A stretch of DNA of 52,092 bases, the filler included, from an uncultured Pseudomonadota bacterium (GTDB lineage Bacteria > Babelota > Babeliae > Babelales > JAUPTZ01), in assembly GCA_964429275.1 (NCBI GenBank). It is 6 parts of 6 records of this genome, joined end to end, with 100 filler letters (N's around TTAATTAATTAA, not from the genome) between each part and the next. Parts side by side here need not be neighbours in the genome. Positions count along the whole stretch, not along the records: positions 30,863 to 38,560 come from CAYSBJ010000005.1; positions 38,661 to 44,439 come from CAYSBJ010000006.1; positions 44,540 to 48,755 come from CAYSBJ010000007.1; 3 more parts are not named here. The stretch is one strand, 5' to 3'. A program made the translations under genes and the position numbers. Positions 37,280-46,461 of the stretch are shown here, one piece after another (the first letter of the stretch is position 1; the number at the start of each line of letters is the position of its first letter). The notes under the pieces are model-generated. The model had not been told where the DNA came from. It searched no databases and was given only the letters and a program-made list of their open reading frames with translations.

Positions 37280-37947
37280 GCCGCTTCTCCAAAAGCCACC
37301 TGCATCTTGCGATGCACGTTTCGAACGCGATCCACGTCGCTCCGACAGTAGGCGGCGATCTCGTCCATCTCGCCGCGCTGCCACATGCCAGCGATCATCG
37401 AGCCGTCCACGCCATCTTTGCCGGGGATGCCCAGAACCTTGCAGAGATTGTCGAGACTGATGCTGTCCTTCGCGCCAGCCCATGCCGTCATTGTGTCGAA
37501 GACCTCACGGCTCCATGGCTTCGGATCGCGGGGAAACCACGCAGGGAGAGTGACGCCGAGAACGATCGCGCGTTGCATCAGGAAGCGAAGGTCGAAGTTT
37601 GCGACGTAATGGCCGACAATCGTCACGATGGGGACGCGTGCGGTATTCTGGCTCATCCTGTCGAACGACGACTGGATCACATCACGCTCGTCATTCCCTA
37701 TCGTAGATCGCGCTTCGAAGTTGTCCCAAGCCCAGCCGACGCAGCACACCTTGCCGTAGGCGCCGGAGAAGGAGGTTTTCGCAACAGCTTCCTCGACCAG
37801 CTTTGGCTTCTTCTCAACCTCCCAAGCTGCGATGCTTTCAGGCTTGGTGATATTGCCGGGGCAAGTGATCGACGCGGCGATTTCAGCGATGTGCTGCTCA
37901 TTCGTCGTCGGAATCGTCTCGATATCGAGATACAGGTACTGCGTCAT
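37276..37947 (-). CDS. PolB-like DEDD 3'-5' exonuclease
   Basis: LDIET, GH....FDL.FL, FDTM, SLDNLC..LGI.GK, YCRSDV. Confidence 0.88.
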   Translation of the reverse strand: MTQYLYLDIETIPTTNEQHIAEIAASITCPGNITKPESIAAWEVEKKPKLVEEAVAKTSFSGAYGKVCCVGWAWDNFEARSTIGNDERDVIQSSFDRMSQNTARVPIVTIVGHYVANFDLRFLMQRAIVLGVTLPAWFPRDPKPWSREVFDTMTAWAGAKDSISLDNLCKVLGIPGKDGVDGSMIAGMWQRGEMDEIAAYCRSDVDRVRNVHRKMQVAFGEAA

Positions 37948-38177
37948 GCCGCGATCCTCCCGGCCCTCGCCTTGCGGACGGCCATTTTGTAGTGACGCCA
38001 AGCGCGACGGGCGCGGTGCATATCAAAGCGCCAGTCCCAAGTGCCGCGCTTGCGGCCATGACGGGCGATGCTCCACTCGGAAATGGCGCGATCGAAATCG
38101 ATCGAGGCCTGCACGCGCTGTTCCCATGGGAGTTGAAGCAGAGCGTCCTCGTCGCGTGTGATGCTAAGCGCGCTCAT
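37944..38177 (-). CDS. Hypothetical phage protein
   Basis: ATGA-coupled, GGAGAGG RBS. Confidence 0.6.
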   Translation of the reverse strand: MSALSITRDEDALLQLPWEQRVQASIDFDRAISEWSIARHGRKRGTWDWRFDMHRARRAWRHYKMAVRKARAGRIAA

Positions 38178-38290
38178 GGCAACAACCTCTCCACCCAGCA
38201 CGGCGCCGTGACGCACAGGACAATCGCCTGAGCGATGCGCCATGGATTGGAGGCAGCCCATTCGCACGCGGCGTTGAGAAGGGCATCCAT
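38174..38290 (-). CDS. Small hypothetical peptide (38 aa)
   Basis: Manual translation MDALLNAACEWAASNPWRIAQAIVLCVTAPCWVERLLP; coupled at both ends; GGAGG RBS. Confidence 0.45.
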   Translation of the reverse strand: MDALLNAACEWAASNPWRIAQAIVLCVTAPCWVERLLP

Positions 38291-38560
38291 CACGCCGCCT
38301 CCGGCGTTTCGACTTCGATGAAGTCTCCGGCGATCGACAGACGGTAGGTTTTGCCGGCCTCAATACCGTCCTGCCCGACCATGGCGGCCCGCACCGCGAC
38401 GAGATTGCCAGCGTCATCATAGGCGCCGAGGCTGATGCCTCCGCCTTCGTGAGCAGTTGCGGTCCCGTTGATGCCAGCGGAATGCGCTATCGCGTTCCGG
38501 CCTTTGGCAGAGGCGTGGCCGTAATCCCCGGCGGCAGAGGCGTGGCCGCGATCCCCGGCG
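38290..38560 (-). CDS. DUF7666-like 9-aa-repeat protein C-terminus (5'-truncated)
   Basis: AGDRGHASAAGDYGHASA repeats then VGQDGIEAGKTYRL...F.EV; the contig breaks inside the 27-bp repeat. Confidence 0.65.
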
Positions 38561-38660
38561 NNNNNNNNNNNNNNNNNNNNNNNNNNNNNNNNNNNNNNNN
38601 NNNNTTAATTAATTAANNNNNNNNNNNNNNNNNNNNNNNNNNNNNNNNNNNNNNNNNNNN
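38561..38660. other. Artificial contig linker
   Basis: N-run + TTAATTAATTAA + N-run. Confidence 0.98.
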
Positions 38661-38662
38661 GC

Positions 38663-39781
38663 AACGGCGTGACCGGCACCCCGTCCTCGAAGGACAAGGG
38701 CAAGATCCACGAGGTACTCGAGTTCCACGACGGCGCCCGCGTGGTGACGATCGTGGATCGCGAGTGCCCGGTGCAGGATGGGGACAACCCGTTCTGGCAC
38801 GGCCAGCTTCCGTTCCACGTCTACCGGCCGACGCGCGTGACGCACGAGCTCGTCGGCATCGGGGAGATCGAGGCGATCGAGGATCTTCAGGACGAGCTCA
38901 ACGAACTGCGCACCTCGCGCCGCGACAACGCGCGCCTGGTGCTTCAGCGCCCCCTCGCGTACTGGGACGGGATGATCGATCCCGGCGTCCTCGAGTTCGG
39001 GCCGGGGAAGCTCCTGCCGATGGAGGGCGATCCGCGCGAGCTCATCTTCCCGATCCCGCTTCAGGAACTTCCCGGCTCGGCGTTTCAGGAGTCGGCGGAG
39101 CTCAAGCAAGACGTGCAGTACGTCTCGGGCATCGATGACGCGACGGCGGGCGCCGGCGCCGATCAGCAGACCGCGACGGGGACGCAGCTGGTGCAGGCCG
39201 CGGCGAACGTGCGGATCCAGAACAAGGTGCTGCGCCTCGAGCATGAGGTGATCCGCGGGACGGCTCGTCAATGGGTCGCGCTGAATCAGCAGCACATCAC
39301 GACGAAGCTGGACATTGCCGGTCCGCCGGAGCCGGGCCAGGAGGATCGCGACTTCTCGTGGTACTCCATTGGCCCGCAGGAGATCGAGGGCGAGTTCGAG
39401 ATCGAGGTGGTCGGCGGTTCGACGCAGCCGGAGAACCCCGTCCAGAAGCGAAACGACGCGCAGCTGGCGATGCAGATGTTCGGGCAGAACCCGGCGGTCG
39501 ATCAGCGCAAGCTCGTGGAGTACGCGCTGCGCAACATGGACGTCCCGCAGCCTGCGACGTGGCTGACGCCGCAGGAGCCGCAGGTGCCGATGGTCGCGCT
39601 CGAGCAGGTGCGCGCGGCGCTCGCGGACGCGGTGCAGCAGGGCGATCCGAACGCGGTGATGCAGCTACTCGATCCGGCGACGTTCGACTCGCTGATCCAA
39701 GGGGCGATGCAGCCGCCGGGTCCTGGCGAGCCGGCCGGTCCTCCAGATGCGCCCCCGACGGCGCCTCCGGCACAGGCGTAG
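38663..39781 (+). CDS. Phage portal protein (P22-like), 5'-truncated
   Basis: NPFWHG..PF, GIGEIE.IEDLQDELN.....R.DN, TATG, Gln/Pro-rich tail. Confidence 0.85.
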   Translation, partial: NGVTGTPSSKDKGKIHEVLEFHDGARVVTIVDRECPVQDGDNPFWHGQLPFHVYRPTRVTHELVGIGEIEAIEDLQDELNELRTSRRDNARLVLQRPLAYWDGMIDPGVLEFGPGKLLPMEGDPRELIFPIPLQELPGSAFQESAELKQDVQYVSGIDDATAGAGADQQTATGTQLVQAAANVRIQNKVLRLEHEVIRGTARQWVALNQQHITTKLDIAGPPEPGQEDRDFSWYSIGPQEIEGEFEIEVVGGSTQPENPVQKRNDAQLAMQMFGQNPAVDQRKLVEYALRNMDVPQPATWLTPQEPQVPMVALEQVRAALADAVQQGDPNAVMQLLDPATFDSLIQGAMQPPGPGEPAGPPDAPPTAPPAQA

Positions 39782-39817
39782 CGGCAGTCCGTCCGCGCGC
39801 ATCGCGACGCTACGACC

Positions 39818-40183
39818 GTGGCCCTTACGATCGCAGCGTGCCTTGCGGCTCTCGATACCGCCCTCAGCGGTGTCACGCACGTCGAATGGAGCGAGAACGG
39901 TTCGACCGTTAGCTCGAAGGTTGCAGCTACGGCTGTGACCCTCGAGCCCGCCGCCGACCTCACGACGTACGCCCGCAAGGGCATCAGCGTCGCGTCGCCG
40001 CCGCAGCTCACCGCCGCGGCGTCGAGCGCCGGCACGATCACGCACTGGCGGTTCACGACCGCCTCGAGCGGCGGCACCGCGAAGACTGGCTGGAACGCGC
40101 TGACGTCGCCGGCGGTGCTCGCGAGCGGCGGGCAGATCAGCCTCGCGAACGTCGCCCTCTACGAGAAGCTCACCCCCGCCTGA
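39818..40183 (+). CDS. Small virion structural protein
   Basis: YAR..I, GTITHW...TASSGGT, LT....LASG pattern seen in minor structural/fibre proteins. Confidence 0.6.
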   Translation: MALTIAACLAALDTALSGVTHVEWSENGSTVSSKVAATAVTLEPAADLTTYARKGISVASPPQLTAAASSAGTITHWRFTTASSGGTAKTGWNALTSPAVLASGGQISLANVALYEKLTPA

Positions 40184-40193
40184 GGGCTGACTC

Positions 40194-41441
40194 GTGGCGC
40201 TCAAGATCGTCACCGGCGGGACCACCGGCGCGGCCGACGGCACGCTCGTCTCCTCGAGCAACAAGATCACGTTCACCGCCATCGACGCGGTGGTGAACGC
40301 GCACATGCGCTGCGACGACGACACGTACAGCGCCGACGAGACGTTCACCCTGCCGTCCGACGGGTCGGTGCAGGTGTCGTTCGACGGCGGGTCGACGTGG
40401 TACGGCTCGGCGGACAGCCCGCGCAGCGTGGGCGTCGACATCGGTGACCTGAACGTCGCGATCAAGCTGCGCCAGCACGCGACGACCGCAAGCGCGTCGG
40501 GGTCGTTCTCGACGGATGGGTCGTTCGTCGCGGCGTCCGCGCTGTCGAACGTGTCCGGGTTCACGGTGACCCCGGGGGACGCGCAGAACGCGCTGTCCTG
40601 GGGCGCGGTCACGAACCGCACGAGCTACCAGGTCGATCGCGCGACCGACTCCGGGTTCACCACGGGCGTCACCCTCGGGATCTACACCGGCACCGGCACC
40701 AGCTTCACCGACACGGGTCTCACGAACGGGACGACGTACTACTACCGGATCAAGGCAGTCGGCACGGTCCGCTACAAGGATTCGGCGAGCTACGCGACCG
40801 GCAACGGTGCGCCCGTCGCCGCGCCGCTCCGAACCGACCTGTTCACCGGCACAGACGGCACGTCGATCGCGTCGCACACCCCCGACGGCGGTGGGACGTG
40901 GAGCACCGTCTTCGCGAGCGGCGGCACCGGGCCCGACCTACGCATCAAGAGCAACCGCGTCCTTCCGACGATCTCGTCGGGAGCGCCGACTTCGACCACC
41001 GTTCAGTCGTGGTTGAGCGGCAGTTCCAACGCGGACTGCGCGGCCGAAGTCGACGCCTACGTCTACAGCGTCACAGGCTCGTCGGTGATGGTCGGCTGTC
41101 GCGTGACAGGCGCGAACACGAGCGTTGCCTACCTCTACCGCGCCGTCCTCGCTGACGACGGCACACTCACGCTCAGCAAGATTGTCAACGGCAGTTACAC
41201 CGTCCTCGGGACGTACTCGGCCGGGACGCTCACCGTCGGTAGCACCTACACCGTTCGCGTCGAGGCGATCGGCACCGCGATCAAGGCGTACATCAACGGC
41301 GTGCAGCGGATCAGCGTGACGGACTCCTCCGTTACCGCCGGAGGCGGCCTGGCGCTCTTCGTCTCCAACCCCACGGCGAACACCTACTCAAGCGCGGGCA
41401 CCGGAATGGCGGCCGACGCGGTCCGCCTCTACAACACTTAG
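40194..41441 (+). CDS. FN3 + ConA-like lectin domain protein
   Basis: LSW...SYQVDR...SFTDTGLTNGTTYYYRIKAV (FN3); YTVRVEAIGTAIKAYINGVQRISVTDS (lectin-like). Confidence 0.75.
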   Translation: MALKIVTGGTTGAADGTLVSSSNKITFTAIDAVVNAHMRCDDDTYSADETFTLPSDGSVQVSFDGGSTWYGSADSPRSVGVDIGDLNVAIKLRQHATTASASGSFSTDGSFVAASALSNVSGFTVTPGDAQNALSWGAVTNRTSYQVDRATDSGFTTGVTLGIYTGTGTSFTDTGLTNGTTYYYRIKAVGTVRYKDSASYATGNGAPVAAPLRTDLFTGTDGTSIASHTPDGGGTWSTVFASGGTGPDLRIKSNRVLPTISSGAPTSTTVQSWLSGSSNADCAAEVDAYVYSVTGSSVMVGCRVTGANTSVAYLYRAVLADDGTLTLSKIVNGSYTVLGTYSAGTLTVGSTYTVRVEAIGTAIKAYINGVQRISVTDSSVTAGGGLALFVSNPTANTYSSAGTGMAADAVRLYNT

Positions 41442-41456
41442 ACCGAGGGAGTCGCT

Positions 41457-42437
41457 GTGAACGTCTGGCTCCCCACTGGCTACGTCTCCGGCGACCCCGT
41501 GCGTCTCTTGCTCTGCTGCCACAACGCGGGAGGCAGCGAGACGGTGCCATTCGGGCCTGTCTATGGCGCGGCCGCGATTGCTTCAGCGCAGGCCGCCGGC
41601 TACATGCTCGCCGCCGTCGGCACCGGAACGGGGCGCGAATGGGGCAATCCGGCGTCGGTCGCTGACTACGCTGCCGCGCACGCGACGCTCCTCAGCTCGT
41701 ACAACGTCACCGGCACCGTGCTCTGGGGGGCAAGCATGGGCGGTCTCGCCGCGGCCACGCTCACCGCCAACGGGAGCATCACCGGACTGCGCGGGGTCCT
41801 TCTTATGGTCCCCGTGCTGTCGCTGGCGTCGATGTACGCCGACAACCCGGCGTACCGCACGGAGATCGACACCGCCTACAGCGCGAGCTCGGGCCAGGGC
41901 GCCACGGTGGCAGCAGCAGCGAACTGCGATCCGTACCTGCGAACCACCAGCCTCTTCGCTGGCATCCCGTTCCGAATGAGCGCAAGCGACGGCGATACTG
42001 TCGTCAACAAGGCGCACAACATGGACGCCTTCGCGGGCAAGATCACCGGCGTCACCCAAGTCACGACGCAGACCACTACCGGCGACCACGGAGACGCGAG
42101 TAACTGGGTCTGGTCTGACTTCTCCGGGTGGCTGGATGCACGATTCACCGGCCTGTTGATCACGCCTAGCGCGGTTTGGTCGCAGAGCGGCACCACGGTT
42201 TCCGCTACCCGCGCCCCCCGCAACACCAGGTCGTTCACGACCGCGACGGTCTACTCCGCGTCCGGCGGCCCCATCCAGTTCCGCGGAACGCACGCCGCCC
42301 GGTTCTCGGTGAGCCTCGATGGCACCACCTGGGCGTCAACCGTCACCGTCCCGCCCGGCACGAGCACGATCTACCTCGGTGTCACGCCGCAGGCCGGTGA
42401 CACCAGTCTCACGGCGCAGATCGGGATTCCGACCTGA
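41457..42437 (+). CDS. Alpha/beta-hydrolase (esterase) with C-terminal beta domain
   Basis: GASMGG nucleophile elbow, DGDTVV Asp, GDHG His. Confidence 0.8.
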   Translation: MNVWLPTGYVSGDPVRLLLCCHNAGGSETVPFGPVYGAAAIASAQAAGYMLAAVGTGTGREWGNPASVADYAAAHATLLSSYNVTGTVLWGASMGGLAAATLTANGSITGLRGVLLMVPVLSLASMYADNPAYRTEIDTAYSASSGQGATVAAAANCDPYLRTTSLFAGIPFRMSASDGDTVVNKAHNMDAFAGKITGVTQVTTQTTTGDHGDASNWVWSDFSGWLDARFTGLLITPSAVWSQSGTTVSATRAPRNTRSFTTATVYSASGGPIQFRGTHAARFSVSLDGTTWASTVTVPPGTSTIYLGVTPQAGDTSLTAQIGIPT

Positions 42438-43078
42438 TGGCCGCGCAGACCTGGGATCTCACGTACTACACGAGCCTCGTCCCGGGCACGGGCGTCGGGA
42501 ACACCGACAGCGCCGCCGGTGATGCCGCGACCGTCCACAACGACTGGGCGATCTCCTACGTCAGCTCAGTGGTCTCCGCTACGGGCGTCGGGAACACCGA
42601 CAGCGCCGGGGTTGGCTCCGCGGGGACGCCGGCCATCTGGCCGATCGACTACTGGGACGGCGTCAACCGAAGCACCGGCGTCGGCAACACGACCAGCACC
42701 GGAGTCGGTGCGGTCGACGTTATCACGACCTCGACGTGGTACGACCTCACCGGGTCGGTGTCGGACGCAGCCGCCGGCGCCGGAAACACGATCAGCGCGG
42801 GCCAGGACGATGGCGCAAGCGTTGCCGGTCTTCCGACGCCCGTCATCACGCTCAACGTCCAGATGCCTCCCGGCACGGTTGTCGGCGCGTACCTGCGGCA
42901 CGAGTGGATCGGGTCGGAAGTGCCCGTGCGCGGAGCCGGTTCGTACCCCGGACCGGTGTTCGCGGAAGCGGTCGTGAACGCGCGCGGCGAGGTGGCGTTC
43001 ACACTTCCGCCGGAGTCGTACATCGCCTGGGCGGCGGACTTCCCGTTGCGGCGCCGGTTCTTCGTCATCACGGACTGA
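42437..43078 (+). CDS. Repeat-containing hypothetical virion protein
   Basis: Four ~31-aa repeats containing TGVGNTDSA. Confidence 0.7.
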   Translation: MAAQTWDLTYYTSLVPGTGVGNTDSAAGDAATVHNDWAISYVSSVVSATGVGNTDSAGVGSAGTPAIWPIDYWDGVNRSTGVGNTTSTGVGAVDVITTSTWYDLTGSVSDAAAGAGNTISAGQDDGASVAGLPTPVITLNVQMPPGTVVGAYLRHEWIGSEVPVRGAGSYPGPVFAEAVVNARGEVAFTLPPESYIAWAADFPLRRRFFVITD

Positions 43079-43090
43079 GAGACTGCTTCC

Positions 43091-43549
43091 ATGCAGCCGA
43101 CGCGCCGAACGCAGCCGCATCGCCGGGGCACCGGCCCGATGGAGCAAGGTCACACGTTGGCGGCGATGCTGCGTGGCGCGAGCTCGATGGGGAATCCGCA
43201 GGACGCGGTGCGCGAGGCGACGAAGCGGCAGTTCAAGCGCGGGACGCTCGGGAACGCTGGCGTGGCGGATGGCGCTGATGCGCAGCTGGCGCCGCCTGGG
43301 CTGCCGCCGCATTCGGGCGCGAGCGGGATCCTCCCGCAGATGCTGGCCGCGGTGCCGATGAGCCGCAACGCTCCCGGTGGGGGTGGGCAGGGTGTCGGTG
43401 GCGAGCAGAGCAACGTGTGGCCGGACGCGAATCCCGCGAAGCGCCGCAAGATGCGCCCGCGGCGCGACCGCCGTGGCGATGGGTACTACCACCGCGGCCC
43501 GTACCGCGGGCTGCCGCCGTTCGTCGGGTACCCGCAGCGCATCGTCTAG
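43091..43549 (+). CDS. Low-complexity hypothetical protein
   Basis: Fills the gap in the plus-strand operon; Gly/Pro/Arg-rich. Confidence 0.5.
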   Translation: MQPTRRTQPHRRGTGPMEQGHTLAAMLRGASSMGNPQDAVREATKRQFKRGTLGNAGVADGADAQLAPPGLPPHSGASGILPQMLAAVPMSRNAPGGGGQGVGGEQSNVWPDANPAKRRKMRPRRDRRGDGYYHRGPYRGLPPFVGYPQRIV

Positions 43550-43579
43550 ACGACCGGACGGGCGCCTACGCTGCGCGCC

Positions 43580-43900
43580 ATGTCCCGTGTCCCATCGCTG
43601 TACGACTTCCTCGGGGATCTCGAGGATGAGTCGGCTCTCCAACGTGCCGCGGACGCGCTCGAGGATCTTCGCGCGCATCCGGGGTGGGAGATCTACGAGC
43701 AGATGATCGGCGTGCAGGTGGAGAAGCTGCGCGTGCAGATCGAGGGGAAGCCGTTGCGCGACGTCCAGACCTACGCGCACGGCGGCGGAGTCCTGAAGGG
43801 GCTGCGCGACGCGTTGGGCATGGTCGATAAGGCAATCGATGCTGCCGCAGCAGAACGCCGGCGGCTTGAGGATCAGGAGGCGCGTAGGCACCATGACTGA
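43580..43900 (+). CDS. Small helical protein preceding the scaffold
   Basis: L..HPGW...G..KGL pattern commonly found downstream of P22-like portals; TACGCT 7 nt upstream suggests a leaderless start. Confidence 0.7.
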   Translation: MSRVPSLYDFLGDLEDESALQRAADALEDLRAHPGWEIYEQMIGVQVEKLRVQIEGKPLRDVQTYAHGGGVLKGLRDALGMVDKAIDAAAAERRRLEDQEARRHHD

Positions 43901-44439
43901 CGTGAGCGCAGACACCGGAGCGGTGAGCGAGGGCGGGGCGGACGGCGCGGCGGACGCCGCAGCTGGCGCGGAAGGCGCCGGCGGCGAGGCGGACGCGGGC
44001 GGCGGAGATCGCCTGTTCTCGGCGTTCCAGCAGTTCCAGCAGCAGATGGACGGGCGCCTGGGCGCGCTCGAGGATCGGCTGCCGCAGCAGGAGGTGGAGG
44101 CGGACTACGAAGACGACTCGTTCGACGCGGGCCAGTTCTTCGATGATTCGCACTTCACCGACGACGACTTCACCGACGAGGGCACGCTGTCCCCGGAGGC
44201 GCAGATGCGCGCTCTGGCGGAGATGCAGCGCGCGATCGTTCGGGAGGAGCTCGCGCCCGTCATGGAGGCGCGTGAGCAGGAGCGCAGGGATCGCGAGGCG
44301 ACCGCGCTCGAGCAGAAGTACCCGGAGCTCGCGGACGAGCAGACCGCCGTTCGCTACGTGCAGGAGGGGGTGCAGGCTGCGGACGCGCTGGGGAACCCGG
44401 CGCTCGCCCGCGAACCTGCGTTCCTCGAGATGGTCTACC
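43893..44439 (+). CDS. Putative capsid scaffolding protein (3'-truncated)
   Basis: AGGAGG RBS; acidic disordered N-terminus, coiled coil, KYPEL motif. Confidence 0.6.
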
Positions 44440-44539
44440 NNNNNNNNNNNNNNNNNNNNNNNNNNNNNNNNNNNNNNNNNNNNTTAATTAATTAANNNNN
44501 NNNNNNNNNNNNNNNNNNNNNNNNNNNNNNNNNNNNNNN
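44440..44539. other. Artificial contig linker
   Basis: N-run + TTAATTAATTAA + N-run. Confidence 0.98.
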
Positions 44540-44555
44540 ATAGAAGGAACCCGAA

Positions 44556-45152
44556 ATGGAACAAGTACCGGGCGGACCCGATCCGCGCGCATCGATGGCG
44601 TCTGCGCCGCAGCAAGCGCCGGCAGGCACAGACCCGAATGCCGCGACTCCAGAAGAACAGGCGCAGTACGATCAGATCGTCGCGAATGCCTACAACCTCA
44701 TCTACGACGACAAGTCCATGCCTGCCATCGTCAAGATGCTTGAGGGTGACGGCGATCCGGTGGAGGGCTTGGCGCGCGCAACATCTTCGGTGATGCTTCG
44801 CGTAATCCAGAGCGGCCTTCAGTCGAATGCGCCGATCAACGGCGAAGTCGCTTTCCACGCCGGGACCGAAGTCTTCGAAGACCTTGCGGAACTGTCGAAG
44901 GAGGCCGGCGTCAAGGATTATACGGAGGACCAGGACGCGCTTGAAAAGGCCTATTTCCTGGCGCTCGACTACTCCCGCAAGGCCTTGCAGGACAGCGGCA
45001 TTCTCGACCCCGAGGCGGCGGACGCCGACCTTCAGATGCTCCAGAGGATGGATTCGGAAGGGCAGTTGGAGCCAATCATGATGGGTTTGGCTGAGCAGGA
45101 TGCGGGCGGGTCTCAGCCGACGCAGCGCGGCCTCATGCCGGTGGAGGCGTGA
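44556..45152 (+). CDS. Hypothetical phage protein
   Basis: AAGGA RBS; acidic helical ORF upstream of ejection-like genes. Confidence 0.75.
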   Translation: MEQVPGGPDPRASMASAPQQAPAGTDPNAATPEEQAQYDQIVANAYNLIYDDKSMPAIVKMLEGDGDPVEGLARATSSVMLRVIQSGLQSNAPINGEVAFHAGTEVFEDLAELSKEAGVKDYTEDQDALEKAYFLALDYSRKALQDSGILDPEAADADLQMLQRMDSEGQLEPIMMGLAEQDAGGSQPTQRGLMPVEA

Positions 45153-45153
45153 C

Positions 45154-46461
45154 ATGGCAGGATTTCTGGCAGTTCTCGGCGGGGCAATGAGCGGCCTCGG
45201 CTCAGGCATGGTGGAGAACGCGCGAGCAAAGCGCGAGGCGGCGATCGAAGCGATGAAGATGGCACGCGAGGATGCGCGGGCGAAAGAGGAGCGAGAATTT
45301 CGAGCGGGCGAGAGCGCTAAGGAAAGGACCGCTCGTTCAGAGGAAGCTGAGCGCCAGAGGGACTTTGATGCCGGGCAAACGGACAAGCGCTTTGCGCTGG
45401 AGCGTGAGGGCTGGGCGAACCAAGAGAAACGAGATGCGATTGATCGTGATTTCCGCTCTGGCGAAGCAGGGAAAGACCGTGATTTCAGATCGGGTGAGGG
45501 CGAGAAGGACCGCGTTTCGCGCCGCGCCGAAGCTGAAGCTGACCGCGCTTGGCGATCTGGCGAAGCAGAAGCGCAGCGGACGTTCGATGCGCACCAAACC
45601 AGAGCGAAAATCGATTTTGAGCGCGAAGGTCGCGGCAATCTCATTACGCTTTCGGACGGCACAACATGGGTGCAGGTCGGTGACACGGCGCGTCCTCTGA
45701 AAACGGAAAGCGGCGAGGGCGTCACACTCAAATCCGACAAGTGGCGCACCCTAACTGCGGATGAGGCGGCAGCTCTTGGCTTGCCTGCCGATAAGAGTTT
45801 CCAGCGCGGCCCAGACGGCGAGATCAAGCAGATTGGCAGCAACGGAACCACCGTCAACGTTGGCGCTGGGGAAAAAGCTTGGGATACTGAAAGCGCCAAG
45901 CTCTTCGCCAAAAGATACGACGACATCACTGGCGGCGCGATGAATGCCGAGCAGATGCTGGGGATGTACGACCTCGCCGAACAGGCGTTGAAGAGCGGCG
46001 TTCGCACAGGCGTTGGAGCGGAAGCCGAACTGACATTGCGCCAGTTTGGCGCTGCGCTCGGCTTGGATACTGACGCAGACAAGTTGGCTGGCGGCGAGTT
46101 GATTCGCGCGATTCAAAACCGCATGGCGCTTACGATGCGTTCGCCGGATGGCGGCATGGGCATGCCCGGCGCGTTGTCAGATCGCGACATCAAATTCCTC
46201 AAGGATTCGCAAATCGGCATCGATCGATCGCCTGAAGGCAACCTCCGGATGCTGCAAGCCTTCAGGGCTATGGAGGGCCGCAAGATCGAAATAGCGCGGC
46301 TCGCTGACCAGTATATCGAGCAGAACGGCCGGCTTGACAGCGGCTTCAACAAGATGGTCCGCGAATTTGCCGAGTCCACCCCCCTATTCGGTGGCGGAGC
46401 GGATGGTCGGTCTGCTTCGGGCGGGCGTGCTGGCAAAATCCAATGGAGCGTCGAACCCTGA
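45154..46461 (+). CDS. Putative internal virion/DNA ejection protein
   Basis: Gly-rich hydrophobic start, 11-aa charged repeats, GA.SDRD..FL....G...S..GN motif. Confidence 0.65.
   Translation: MAGFLAVLGGAMSGLGSGMVENARAKREAAIEAMKMAREDARAKEEREFRAGESAKERTARSEEAERQRDFDAGQTDKRFALEREGWANQEKRDAIDRDFRSGEAGKDRDFRSGEGEKDRVSRRAEAEADRAWRSGEAEAQRTFDAHQTRAKIDFEREGRGNLITLSDGTTWVQVGDTARPLKTESGEGVTLKSDKWRTLTADEAAALGLPADKSFQRGPDGEIKQIGSNGTTVNVGAGEKAWDTESAKLFAKRYDDITGGAMNAEQMLGMYDLAEQALKSGVRTGVGAEAELTLRQFGAALGLDTDADKLAGGELIRAIQNRMALTMRSPDGGMGMPGALSDRDIKFLKDSQIGIDRSPEGNLRMLQAFRAMEGRKIEIARLADQYIEQNGRLDSGFNKMVREFAESTPLFGGGADGRSASGGRAGKIQWSVEP

Noticed and set aside
44484..46082. 532-aa minus-strand ORF
   Set aside because: Antisense shadow of the RBS-supported plus-strand genes and runs into the linker.
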